This document shows, in pieces, positions 1 to 7,813 of a stretch of DNA of 35,862 nucleotides (the stretch's first letter is position 1; each line of letters opens with the position of its first letter). The stretch covers positions 1-35,862 of IMG/VR virus record IMGVR_UViG_3300020045_003524, one strand, 5' to 3'. This DNA is from a virus. Its lineage: Duplodnaviria; Caudoviricetes. The translations under genes were made by a program, and so were the position numbers. The notes beneath the pieces were generated by a model. That model saw nothing but the letters and a program-made list of their open reading frames with translations. It searched no databases and had not been told where the DNA came from.

Positions 1-121
1 CGGTTATTTTGACTCCTGTAATCTCAGAAAGATAATTAAAACCTTCTTCTGATACATGGAAAAACCATCCTTGAGTACCATTTTGTCTACTAAGCATCAA
101 CCCTTTATCAGCTAAGTCCTC
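1..121. repeat. Terminal direct repeat, copy 1 (circular assembly overlap)
   Basis: Bases 1-121 are identical to 35742-35862, and an ORF reads through the junction, giving a unit length of 35741 bp. Confidence 0.97.
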
Positions 122-274
122 AAGTTCTTCAAACCCGTTACAACCGACATTGCTCATAAAATGATTTCTGAATGCTTCGTATCTTTTGTATTTTCTTCCT
201 GTTATTCTCTTTTCTGTAAATCCTATTGTATGCTTCATGAAATTAATTTGTTTTTCGGTTACATCATATTGCAC
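1..274 (-). CDS. Origin-spanning 97-aa hypothetical protein, 5' part (stop at 35722)
   Basis: AAGGAGG SD then GTG at 274; manual translation MQYDVTEKQINFMKHTIGF...FHVSEEGFNYLSEITGVKITELDDSI* runs across the junction. Absent from the ORF track. Confidence 0.85.
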   Translation of the reverse strand, partial: MQYDVTEKQINFMKHTIGFTEKRITGRKYKRYEAFRNHFMSNVGCNGFEELEDLADKGLMLSRQNGTQGWFFHVSEEGFNYLSEITGVKIT

Positions 275-288
275 GTTAACGCCTCCTT

Positions 289-316
289 AGTAGACAAAAT
301 TTCTCAATTGTTAACT
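289..316 (-). other. dif-like 28-bp site, L type (module 1)
   Basis: AGTTAACAATT-GAGAAA-TTTTGTCTACT; left arm identical to the sites at 6528 and 32245. Confidence 0.75.
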
Positions 317-690
317 AGTTTGTTTTTAATGGCATTCTTGCTTTCGACTTTAACAATAGAATACGCTTCGTTTCTTTTTTCTCTTGCCATCTGTTTTCCG
401 TGGAATTTAGCTAATCTGATATTAACAGATTGCAGCGTATTTTTGTTAAATTCAATGTCGTGCAACTCGAAAATCGCACGTAGTTTTTTGGATGTTATGT
501 CTTTTTCGAATTTTAAGTCAATGTAATCGGCAATCTCTTTGTACATTTTGACATTTTCATATCTACGGACAGATACGGGGACAATGATTTTTAAATCTTC
601 CAGTTTTTTCATTCTTTCGTAGCCGTGGTTTTCTGGAAGATCAATTTTGTCTAGCTTTTTAAAATATTGTTCGACCGATAATTCTACCAT
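304..690 (-). CDS. Hypothetical protein (128 aa)
   Basis: AAGGAG SD; in the leftward early operon; stop codon lies inside the L site. Confidence 0.85.
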   Translation of the reverse strand: MVELSVEQYFKKLDKIDLPENHGYERMKKLEDLKIIVPVSVRRYENVKMYKEIADYIDLKFEKDITSKKLRAIFELHDIEFNKNTLQSVNIRLAKFHGKQMAREKRNEAYSIVKVESKNAIKNKLVNN

Positions 691-703
691 TTTGCGTTCT
701 CCT

Positions 704-1582
704 TTACTCGGCTTTTATTCCTGTTATTTGTTCGAATTTTAAAGCGTCAAAATTAGGAATAGATTTAATAATATTTTTATCTTTTTCAGAAAGAGAATTC
801 CACCATTTATTATTAACATCAGTTAAATCGATTGTTTTTAAATAACCGCCAGTTGTTTCATGTGTAGTATATTTTCGCTTTTCTTCTTCGCTCATGTCTT
901 CGGAATATATCCATTTAGTAGGAATAAATTCTATTTCAGATAGCAATTTATAAGCCATAGAACTTCTCCACTCGTTAATTGTTAAATCTGATTCAATGTC
1001 AAAAAATCTAATTTTATGCACTTCGGTATTGAAGCAACCAGTTTCGTTATCAGATAAATTAAAATCTCCAGTACATTGATCGCCAGTGTTCCTGTTGCCA
1101 GTGTTCCCGTCGCCAGTGTTCCTGTTGCCAGTGTTCCAGTTGCCAGTGTTCCCGTTGCCAGTGTTCCTGTTGCCAGTGTTCCAGTTGCCAGTGTTCCCGT
1201 TGCCAGTGTTCCAGTTGCCAGTGTTCCTGTCGCCAGTGTTCCAGTTGCCAGTGTTCCCGTTGCCAGTGTTCCCACGACCTGTATTTGATTTTCCTAAATT
1301 GACAATTTTAAGAACTTCTTCCCAGCTTATTTCTCTCAATATTTCAATTTTATTAGTGCTGCTTTTATTTCCTTCTGTGGATATTTCTCCATGAGCAAAA
1401 ATTTCAGCAACTTTATTATTTGGGTCAAAATTATAATACTCAAAACAATCAATTGCTTGTTCGCAATAATGAAATCCTTTGTGGCAAACGCTTGGACTTA
1501 CTTTTTCTTCAAAAGTCTTTCCTACCTCATATTTAAAACCTCTACATGTCCAATCTGCATTAAAAACTTTATAACCTTTCAT
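704..1582 (-). CDS. Pentapeptide-repeat protein with (G/W/R)NTG(N/D) repeats
   Basis: N-terminus KGYKVFNADWTCRGFKYEVG is typical of Firmicutes phage pentapeptide-repeat proteins; 13 tandem NTG units. Confidence 0.85.
   Translation of the reverse strand: MKGYKVFNADWTCRGFKYEVGKTFEEKVSPSVCHKGFHYCEQAIDCFEYYNFDPNNKVAEIFAHGEISTEGNKSSTNKIEILREISWEEVLKIVNLGKSNTGRGNTGNGNTGNWNTGDRNTGNWNTGNGNTGNWNTGNRNTGNGNTGNWNTGNRNTGDGNTGNRNTGDQCTGDFNLSDNETGCFNTEVHKIRFFDIESDLTINEWRSSMAYKLLSEIEFIPTKWIYSEDMSEEEKRKYTTHETTGGYLKTIDLTDVNNKWWNSLSEKDKNIIKSIPNFDALKFEQITGIKAE
1082..1273. repeat. 15-bp tandem repeat, 13 copies
   Basis: Core GCCAGTGTTCC recurs every 15 bp from 1082 to 1262. Confidence 0.95.
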
Positions 1583-1604
1583 ATAATTCTCCTTTTAAAT
1601 TAGT

Positions 1605-1859
1605 TTATAGGTAATTTTTGCCAAATATTTTTAAGAAATCTAAATCAGGATAATGTTCAATAAATTTTCTTTGATAAATTTGCTTTATACAAATATCAAA
1701 ATCTTTATTGTGGTGTATTCCTTGAGAATGGTCTTGGTGGTGATAGTGGCATAAATCAATCTTCATGTTGTATTTTTCGCTTAGCTTTCTATTTGGTCCA
1801 AAGAAAACATGGTGTGTTTCAACCATATTCTCAGAACCACATATTGCACATTTTTTCAT
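1605..1859 (-). CDS. Small Zn/HNH-like nuclease (Ref-like)
   Basis: CxxC...HHVFFG...LCxxHH pattern, near the ERF gene. Confidence 0.65.
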   Translation of the reverse strand: MKKCAICGSENMVETHHVFFGPNRKLSEKYNMKIDLCHYHHQDHSQGIHHNKDFDICIKQIYQRKFIEHYPDLDFLKIFGKNYL

Positions 1860-2209
1860 GTTCGCTTAGCTTGCCCCCAATCTCGTTCTAGCTGGGATTC
1901 AATTAGTCTAAGTTGCAGCTTGATTCCTTGTATCTTCTCGTTCATAACTTCGTATTTCACTTTTGACAAGTCCCTTTGAAGCCTTAATTCTGCTACCGTT
2001 TCGTCGCCATGCGCCAGTGTTTGGCACACGGTCCAAGCGACTTTGTTTTCTTCATGTAGCCTAAAAATTTCTATTTTGTTTGCTATCTTGTAATTGTGTT
2101 CTGCCAAGGCGTAAACTTGTCCTTCTTTCCACAACTCGCCATATGATGCAGAGAGGGATTTACTTAGTGCTTCCCTCTCGTTAAAAAGGTTTATAACGTC
2201 CATTTGCAC
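1856..2209 (-). CDS. Hypothetical helical protein
   Basis: Coupled ORF in the recombination operon; the true start may be the ATG at 2203. Confidence 0.8.
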   Translation of the reverse strand: MQMDVINLFNEREALSKSLSASYGELWKEGQVYALAEHNYKIANKIEIFRLHEENKVAWTVCQTLAHGDETVAELRLQRDLSKVKYEVMNEKIQGIKLQLRLIESQLERDWGQAKRT

Positions 2210-2212
2210 CTC

Positions 2213-2842
2213 TTATTTTTTGTCTGGTAATGTTTCTAGCTTCTTCATAAACTGTTCGTTTTCTACCTGTGTTAAATATTCCATGCCGTGTCCAAACTCT
2301 TTTACAAGACTTTTTTCAACTGCCGCTACACCAAATCCTTTTTTATTTGCCAAAACTATCAATTTGTTTGTATCAACAGTTTCTTTTTTTGACAAAGTGT
2401 TTTGTTTGTCCATTGTTTCTGAATGAGTATTGTCCGTGTCCTCGCCAGAAAACAAGCAAAATGTTTTTTGTAGCAAAGCTTTGTATCCATAAGTTAAAGC
2501 TTTTCCGCTTGCCTTATCTTGTGTATCGCATCCATTGCCAACAGTTGCAAGCAATTCGTGTTCGCCCGTTTCAATGTCTACAATTTTGTAAGTTGCCACT
2601 ATTTGAGACATTAAACGAGTAGTTTCGCCTTTTGCATTGTTGTAAACGTCTTTAATTTCATTGATTTGAACTGATACAGGAAATATAATAAGGCCATGTT
2701 TTTTTAATAATGGCTTAATTAAATTTAAAACAGATGCTTCGCTAATCGCTTTGTATGCATTTGTTCCAAAACCTACGGTCATTGATTTGTCTAGTGCTTC
2801 GCTATCAACCATTACGGCATGCATTTTTTGATATAATCCCAT
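2213..2842 (-). CDS. ERF-superfamily single-strand annealing protein
   Basis: Motif GNGCDTQDKASGKALTYGYKALLQKTFCLFSGEDTD matches the ERF signature. Confidence 0.88.
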   Translation of the reverse strand: MGLYQKMHAVMVDSEALDKSMTVGFGTNAYKAISEASVLNLIKPLLKKHGLIIFPVSVQINEIKDVYNNAKGETTRLMSQIVATYKIVDIETGEHELLATVGNGCDTQDKASGKALTYGYKALLQKTFCLFSGEDTDNTHSETMDKQNTLSKKETVDTNKLIVLANKKGFGVAAVEKSLVKEFGHGMEYLTQVENEQFMKKLETLPDKK

Positions 2843-3904
2843 CTATTTAACCTCCCAATTTAAACCGCTACGATTTAGATAATTTAAAAGAGTTTCTTTG
2901 TCTTGCTTTGTTAACGTAAAAACGACGCTTAAATATTCTAATGGCTCCCATACGATTTCTTTTTCTTCTTCAAATATAATTTCGTCTGCGAATTCTATTT
3001 CTTCTGGAATGGTTTCTAAAACTTCTTGCTTTTTAATTTGAATAGACTCTATTTCTATTTTGCGTTGTTCTTTTAGTTCTTTTTCTTTAATTAATCGCTC
3101 AATGTCTTCTTTTTCTTCTTGTTCTTTCTGAATCTTAAGTCTTATTTCGCGTTCAACTTTTTCTTGCTCTGCTTTTGCTTTTGCAAGAATTGCTTCCTCT
3201 GCTCTTTTTATTGCGGCTTCTTCTGATTCTTTTCTTTTTAATGCCAGTAATGTTATTTGCTCAAGAGTTGTAGCAATGTTCATTGTTTCGTAATTTAAGA
3301 CGAATGGGATATCAGAAATACTTACTGGCGTTGCTAAGTTCGCAAGTTTTGAAGCTGTTTCGATATGATCAGCAACCATTTTGATATTTTGACGCTCTAT
3401 TTCTTGAGCTCTGGTTAATTGAAAAATCTGCGCTTCTAAATCTTCCTTGATTTTTTTCTTTGAAGTGGCTGCGTTTGTATACTCTGATTTCTGAACGTCA
3501 ATTCTGTCTGAATACTTTTCAGTTAACGAGGATAAAGAAACAAGTTCAACTGCTGTCTTTTCAGCGTAATCACGCTTTTCCTGTCTTACCTGTTCATCAA
3601 AGAAATCAATCTTGACCTTCAGTTCGTTTTCAGCTTCTTGTATTGTTTCAATCGCCGCTTTGCAAAGTGCTTCGTATTCCGTAAGGGGAACTATAAACTC
3701 TTTCTTTTGAATCTTGCGTTGATCGTCAATTAGTTTGATACCTCTTGTTAATTCAAGTCGTGATTGTTTCATTTCTTTTAGGTTTTCTTCAGTTACGACA
3801 AGACCTTTGTAATCTTGAATGGCAAGCTTTAATTCGTTGTGAAATTCTTCGAAATTTGTGATTATGGCACCGGGTACCACGTTGATTATTTTTAATTCGT
3901 TCAT
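2843..3904 (-). CDS. DUF1351-like coiled-coil phage protein
   Basis: PGAIITNFEEF...YKGLVVTEENLKEMK...R...KKEF..P...YE pattern; adjacent to the annealing protein. Confidence 0.75.
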   Translation of the reverse strand: MNELKIINVVPGAIITNFEEFHNELKLAIQDYKGLVVTEENLKEMKQSRLELTRGIKLIDDQRKIQKKEFIVPLTEYEALCKAAIETIQEAENELKVKIDFFDEQVRQEKRDYAEKTAVELVSLSSLTEKYSDRIDVQKSEYTNAATSKKKIKEDLEAQIFQLTRAQEIERQNIKMVADHIETASKLANLATPVSISDIPFVLNYETMNIATTLEQITLLALKRKESEEAAIKRAEEAILAKAKAEQEKVEREIRLKIQKEQEEKEDIERLIKEKELKEQRKIEIESIQIKKQEVLETIPEEIEFADEIIFEEEKEIVWEPLEYLSVVFTLTKQDKETLLNYLNRSGLNWEVK

Positions 3905-3915
3905 GTATGTTCTCC

Positions 3916-4188
3916 TTATAGTAAAATGTCAGACAATGCGTCTGCAATTGCCGCTTGAATAGTTTCGTTATCGTTAAAAGATTCATCTATTAACTTTTCT
4001 TTAACTAGTTTATTGGTAACCATTCTGGAAATGTTTTCGACGTCAAATCCTTCTACATTTTTAATTGGATATGGAAGTGTTTCTCCGCTTTCTGAAACTA
4101 CACGACCTTTTCCATCTACAAACAAATCATGTCGCAAGTTGATGTCTAATACCATTTCGCCAATCTCATAAAATTGTTTTGATTTCAT
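3916..4188 (-). CDS. Hypothetical protein
   Basis: AAGGAG SD precedes the ATG at 4188 (MKSKQF...). Confidence 0.75.
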   Translation of the reverse strand: MKSKQFYEIGEMVLDINLRHDLFVDGKGRVVSESGETLPYPIKNVEGFDVENISRMVTNKLVKEKLIDESFNDNETIQAAIADALSDILL

Positions 4189-4378
4189 TTCTGATTCTCC
4201 TTGCGTTATCAATTCTGATTTGTTTAACTCTTAGTGCGCGTTTGCGGTTAATTTGATATCTGTTGACCATCTTGTCAACTACCAAAAAGAAAAACGCCAA
4301 CGCCAGTGGCGCTAAAAAACTGTAGGCAAGCATTAATGCAATATCAATTAGCATTTGTCTTTCGAAATATAGTTCCAT
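4166..4378 (-). CDS. Small membrane protein
   Basis: ATG overlaps the stop of the upstream HTH gene; one hydrophobic helix followed by a basic tail. Confidence 0.7.
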   Translation of the reverse strand: MELYFERQMLIDIALMLAYSFLAPLALAFFFLVVDKMVNRYQINRKRALRVKQIRIDNARRIRNEIKTIL

Positions 4379-4533
4379 TATTTTTTTCCCCTTTCTAACC
4401 ATTCTTTTACTTTCTCAATATCAAAAATCAATTTGCGTCCTGGTGTTATAAAAGGACATCCTTCTTTTGTCCATCTTCGTACTGTTTGCTCAGAAACTTT
4501 AAAATGTTGAGCAACTTCTTTTGTTGTATTCAC
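4378..4533 (-). CDS. Xis/MerR-like winged-HTH DNA-binding protein (51 aa)
   Basis: AAGGAGGTG SD plus GTG; MNTTKEVAQHFKVSEQTVRRWTKEGCPFITPGRKLIFDIEKVKEWLERGKK*. Below the ORF-track size cutoff. Confidence 0.88.
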   Translation of the reverse strand: MNTTKEVAQHFKVSEQTVRRWTKEGCPFITPGRKLIFDIEKVKEWLERGKK

Positions 4534-4562
4534 GTTGTCACCTCCTTGCTATCAATGATTAC

Positions 4563-4591
4563 ATATTATCACATAATATAACATATGTCAA
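4563..4591 (-). promoter_or_regulatory. Leftward sigma-A promoter
   Basis: TTGACA-17 bp-TAATAT directly upstream of the HTH gene SD. Confidence 0.8.
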
Positions 4592-4621
4592 ATTAAAGTT
4601 TATTAATATTGCAAGTTTTTG

Positions 4622-4650
4622 TTTACATATTGGATGATAAGATGTATAAT
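4622..4650 (+). promoter_or_regulatory. Rightward sigma-A promoter (divergent)
   Basis: TTTACA-17 bp-TATAAT upstream of rha. Confidence 0.8.
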
Positions 4651-4716
4651 AAAGAAGTCGACAAATAAACTCACTATCGAATGATTGATTGTGAAATTTA
4701 AGAAAGAAGGTTATAT

Positions 4717-5355
4717 ATGAATGAATTAGTTATTTATAAGAAAAATGAGATTTATGCAGAAAGCCAGCAAGTAGCAAAAGTATTCGAGAAAGACCACAAG
4801 AACGTATTAAGAGACATAAACGATTTAATGGTTAATTGTAGCGAAGAATTTTCACGGCTCAATTATGAGCCATCAACTTATAAGGTTAGAGGAAAAGAGT
4901 ATCCATGCTACCATTTAACAAAAGATGGTTTTACAATGTTGGCAATGGGATACACTGGAGAAAAAGCGATTCAATTTAAAGAGTTGTATATTAAGAAGTT
5001 TAATGAAATGCAAAACTTCATTACAAGCAGAGCGCTGATCAAGTTAGAATTTCCAGCTTTAACAGATAACATTAAAAACAGCCACGAAGAACCGAAGCCA
5101 TATCATTATTCAAACGAACTTAACATGATCAATAAAATTGTATTAGGGATGACAGCGAAACAATTTAAAGAAGCAAATAGCATTGAAGAATCAAAATCTA
5201 TCAGAGAATATTTAACAACGGAACAACTTTCGGATATTATGGAATTGCAAAGAATTGATTCTGGATTCGTTGTTGCTATACCAGATTATCAAGAAAGAAA
5301 AGAAATGCTTAAAAAATATTACAATAAGAAAAAGCTAATGTTAAACAATATATAA
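4717..5355 (+). CDS. rha: Rha-family phage regulatory protein
   Basis: SQQVAKVFEKDHKNVLRDI...YPCYHLTKDGFTMLAMGYTGEKAIQFKELYIKKFNEM is the Rha domain signature. Confidence 0.92.
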   Translation: MNELVIYKKNEIYAESQQVAKVFEKDHKNVLRDINDLMVNCSEEFSRLNYEPSTYKVRGKEYPCYHLTKDGFTMLAMGYTGEKAIQFKELYIKKFNEMQNFITSRALIKLEFPALTDNIKNSHEEPKPYHYSNELNMINKIVLGMTAKQFKEANSIEESKSIREYLTTEQLSDIMELQRIDSGFVVAIPDYQERKEMLKKYYNKKKLMLNNI

Positions 5356-5369
5356 AAAGGAGAAAATAA

Positions 5370-5543
5370 ATGAAGTCAAGTGAATTAGCAAAAGATTTGA
5401 TGAAGTATCCGGGCTTTGAAGTGAATTTTACATTTTGCGACGGATATAGTACTTTTCCAAACTATAGAAAATTTGAAAAAATTAAAGTTCAAGACATTGG
5501 ACATAGCGACAAAATTATTTCGTTAGGTGGAGAAGAAATTTAA
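5370..5543 (+). CDS. Hypothetical protein (57 aa)
   Basis: AAGGAG SD; MKSSELAKDLMKYPGFEV...QDIGHSDKIISLGGEEI*. Confidence 0.75.
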   Translation: MKSSELAKDLMKYPGFEVNFTFCDGYSTFPNYRKFEKIKVQDIGHSDKIISLGGEEI

Positions 5544-5571
5544 AAATAATATTTTATTATAAAAAGGAGCA

Positions 5572-6147
5572 ATGAAAATGATCAATTTAAAATGGCCTAC
5601 AGAATCAAAAAGAGTAACTTGCGAATTTGGACCACGTGACAGAGGGGATAAATTCCACGATGGTTTAGACATTGGAGCTTTTGCTCCAGGTGTAGAAGGC
5701 GACATTGTTAGGGCGATGCACAATGGAACTGTAGTGTATTGTGGGAACCGTGGGGTTTATGGAAATCTTATAGTGATAGATTCTATAGATAAGAAATTTA
5801 GCACGGTTTATGGGCATTTAAAAGAATTTAAAGTTAAGAAAGGAAATAATGTTCTAGCTGGTTATGAAATCGGTCTAATGGGCAACACAGGAGAAAGCAC
5901 AGGGGCGCACCTGCACATAGAATTAAGAACGCAGCCTTATAACGCAACAACGTATTGGAATAGCAAAAACGGAAAATTCTTATCAAGTGTCAATCCGTCA
6001 TTGTTTTTTGAGATTCCACAGTTGACAGATAAAGACATTATACAAAGACATTGCAATTTCAGCGATCCAGAAGCGGTGTTTTCGTTGCTAGAAAAGCATC
6101 CTTATTCAGAGGATTTATTTAAGAAGTGGGCAGATAGTTACAAATAA
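5572..6147 (+). CDS. M23 metallopeptidase, probable endolysin
   Basis: HxxxD (HDGLD), YGN, YGHL and GxTGxSTGAHLHIE motifs; short C-terminal helical extension. Confidence 0.9.
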   Translation: MKMINLKWPTESKRVTCEFGPRDRGDKFHDGLDIGAFAPGVEGDIVRAMHNGTVVYCGNRGVYGNLIVIDSIDKKFSTVYGHLKEFKVKKGNNVLAGYEIGLMGNTGESTGAHLHIELRTQPYNATTYWNSKNGKFLSSVNPSLFFEIPQLTDKDIIQRHCNFSDPEAVFSLLEKHPYSEDLFKKWADSYK

Positions 6148-6178
6148 ATACAAGTACACAGTTAAGGGATGGTGAAAA

Positions 6179-6529
6179 ATGGAAAAATCTTATGAAAAAT
6201 TAAAAGAACAAATAGATGGAATGATATTTGAACAGCTTAAAGATTCTTTGAATATATCGCAAGCGAGCACAACGCAATTAAGCGAATCTATTGACTTTGA
6301 TAAACTACATCAAATTAACCAAATGTTTTTAGAAAAACCGAGATACGCATATATTTTAAGTAACCATATTTCTAAAACAGAAATATTTGTAAGCAACGAA
6401 GATTTAATGCCTTTTGAAAGAAATGGTGTTAAATACAAAATTGTATTTATAAATCCAGCTTGCACGGATGTTATTAAAAAGTTAATTGAAATTGGCGTGA
6501 AAAGCGCAGAAGAAATTGGATTGATATAG
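6179..6529 (+). CDS. Hypothetical protein (116 aa)
   Basis: ORF in the rightward operon; TAG stop overlaps the L site. Confidence 0.75.
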   Translation: MEKSYEKLKEQIDGMIFEQLKDSLNISQASTTQLSESIDFDKLHQINQMFLEKPRYAYILSNHISKTEIFVSNEDLMPFERNGVKYKIVFINPACTDVIKKLIEIGVKSAEEIGLI

Positions 6530-6555
6530 TTAACAATTGAGTAATTTTACGAAGG
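6528..6555 (+). other. dif-like 28-bp site, L type (module 3)
   Basis: AGTTAACAATT-GAGTAA-TTTTACGAAGG. Confidence 0.8.
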
Positions 6556-6573
6556 AAAGGAGAATCAAAAACT

Positions 6574-6786
6574 ATGAGTGAATTTGGTTCAAGAGATTTA
6601 CTTTTAATGTGTAGAAGCAAATTTGAAGTTGAAGAAATGCGCAAATATGTCATAAAAAATAAAAATTCAGATAGGGTAGCTAATGAATATTTTAGCGTTT
6701 TATCTGCAGACTGTTTAAGGTATATTGAAGCACTAGAAAAGGCTGGTATACATCCAAACAATATAGAAAATTTGCAAAATAAATAA
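6574..6786 (+). CDS. Hypothetical protein (70 aa)
   Basis: AAGGAG SD immediately after the L site. Confidence 0.75.
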   Translation: MSEFGSRDLLLMCRSKFEVEEMRKYVIKNKNSDRVANEYFSVLSADCLRYIEALEKAGIHPNNIENLQNK

Positions 6787-6801
6787 AAATTAAAAATCGA
6801 A

Positions 6802-6846
6802 AGGAGTAAAGAGGTTTGGTCGACCAACAAAAGCGCTTTTACTCTT
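6802..6846 (+). promoter_or_regulatory. Structured leader of the methyltransferase gene
   Basis: AGGAGTAAAG can pair with TTTTACTCTT; the element contains the 12-bp palindromes TTGGTCGACCAA (6816-6827) and AAAAGCGCTTTT (6829-6840). Confidence 0.65.
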
Positions 6847-6856
6847 AGTAGAAAGA

Positions 6857-7546
6857 ATGAAAATATTAGTAGCATGTGAGGAATCTCAAGCAGTAACAAA
6901 AGAATTAAGAGCATTAGGCCATGAAGCGTATAGTTGCGATATTGAGCCTTGTAGTGGCGGCCATCCTGAATGGCATGTAATGGATGATGTAGTGCCTTTG
7001 TTGAAACCAGTCGGGAGATTCTTCAAATTAGAAAATGGAGAAGTTATTGGATTTGATAAAAAATGGGACATGATTATCGCTTTTCCACCATGTACATACC
7101 TTACAAACGCAGGAACTAGACATTTTAGCAGAAGAATAAATCCAGAAGAAAAAGTTGTCGCAAGGGAAAAATTAAGAGAAGAAGCATTTGAGTTCTTCAT
7201 GTTATTTGCAAATGCAGATTGTGACAAAATAGCAATTGAAAACCCTGTAGGATATGCAAATGGAATGTATCGCAAGCCTAATCAAATTATTCATCCATAC
7301 TACTTTGGTGACAATGCAAAAAAACGAACATGTCTATGGTTAAAGGGATTGCCAAATCTTACACCTACAAACATGTTGCCTGAACCAGAACCTGAATACA
7401 TATGCCAAGGCGAGTTGTCAAAAGGTAAAAAAATAGGATGGTGCGAAGGTATAAAAGGAACAACAGGCGGTCAAAAAGGTAGAGCGATGGCAAGAAGCAA
7501 AACATTTCCAGGAATAGCAAAAGCAATGGCTACACAGTGGGGATAG
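6857..7546 (+). CDS. Short phage C5-cytosine DNA methyltransferase-like protein
   Basis: Catalytic-like IAFPPCTYL (motif IV) and IAIENPVG (motif VI); N-terminus MKILVACEES; C-terminus RSKTFPGIAKAMATQW. Confidence 0.82.
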   Translation: MKILVACEESQAVTKELRALGHEAYSCDIEPCSGGHPEWHVMDDVVPLLKPVGRFFKLENGEVIGFDKKWDMIIAFPPCTYLTNAGTRHFSRRINPEEKVVAREKLREEAFEFFMLFANADCDKIAIENPVGYANGMYRKPNQIIHPYYFGDNAKKRTCLWLKGLPNLTPTNMLPEPEPEYICQGELSKGKKIGWCEGIKGTTGGQKGRAMARSKTFPGIAKAMATQWG

Positions 7547-7573
7547 GTTCGGAATAGTCTAATTTTGCGAATT
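7546..7573 (+). other. dif-like 28-bp site, R type (module 3)
   Basis: GGTTCGGAATA-GTCTAA-TTTTGCGAATT, beginning at the methyltransferase stop codon. Confidence 0.8.
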
Positions 7574-7580
7574 TAATAAA

Positions 7581-7624
7581 TAAAAACAAAGCCACCTACA
7601 TAATAGTAAGTGGCTTTGTTTTTA
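7581..7624. terminator. Bidirectional intrinsic terminator
   Basis: TAAAAACAAAGCCAC...GTGGCTTTGTTTTTA between convergent operons. Confidence 0.88.
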
Positions 7625-7813
7625 AAACTTATCTTTATCAGTAGGCGAATTTAAAATTCCAATTGTTACAAGCAACTGCAATCCCATTGCCGCCAATGTG
7701 TTATACATCTGAGCTTCATACGGTGTTAAAACTTGCGTAAATAAAAGAATTGCAATTACCTGAGATAAAATTGATAGCCATAGTGTTAGGCTTTTCCATC
7801 TTGATTGTTTCAT
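7622..7813 (-). CDS. Holin (two transmembrane helices)
   Basis: MKQSRWKSLTLW...GILNSPT pattern typical of small Firmicutes phage holins; last late gene. Confidence 0.8.
   Translation of the reverse strand: MKQSRWKSLTLWLSILSQVIAILLFTQVLTPYEAQMYNTLAAMGLQLLVTIGILNSPTDKDKF

Noticed and set aside
1-121. 121-bp terminal repeat as a biological DTR or attL/attR
   Set aside because: It lies mid-gene and is an exact k-mer-sized overlap, so a circular-assembly artefact is the simplest explanation.
161-526. Plus-strand 121-aa ORF and similar antisense ORFs (e.g. 33335-33934, 32652-33101, 6474-6914)
   Set aside because: They are antisense to well-supported genes, have no SD and show typical shadow composition.
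1082-1273. CRISPR array or DGR template/variable repeat
   Set aside because: Units are contiguous with no unique spacers, they are in-frame coding, and no cas or reverse transcriptase gene is present.
982-1394. Alternative-frame ORFs (TLATG, VASVP, LPVF repeats)
   Set aside because: These are shadows of the 15-bp repeat, with no SD.
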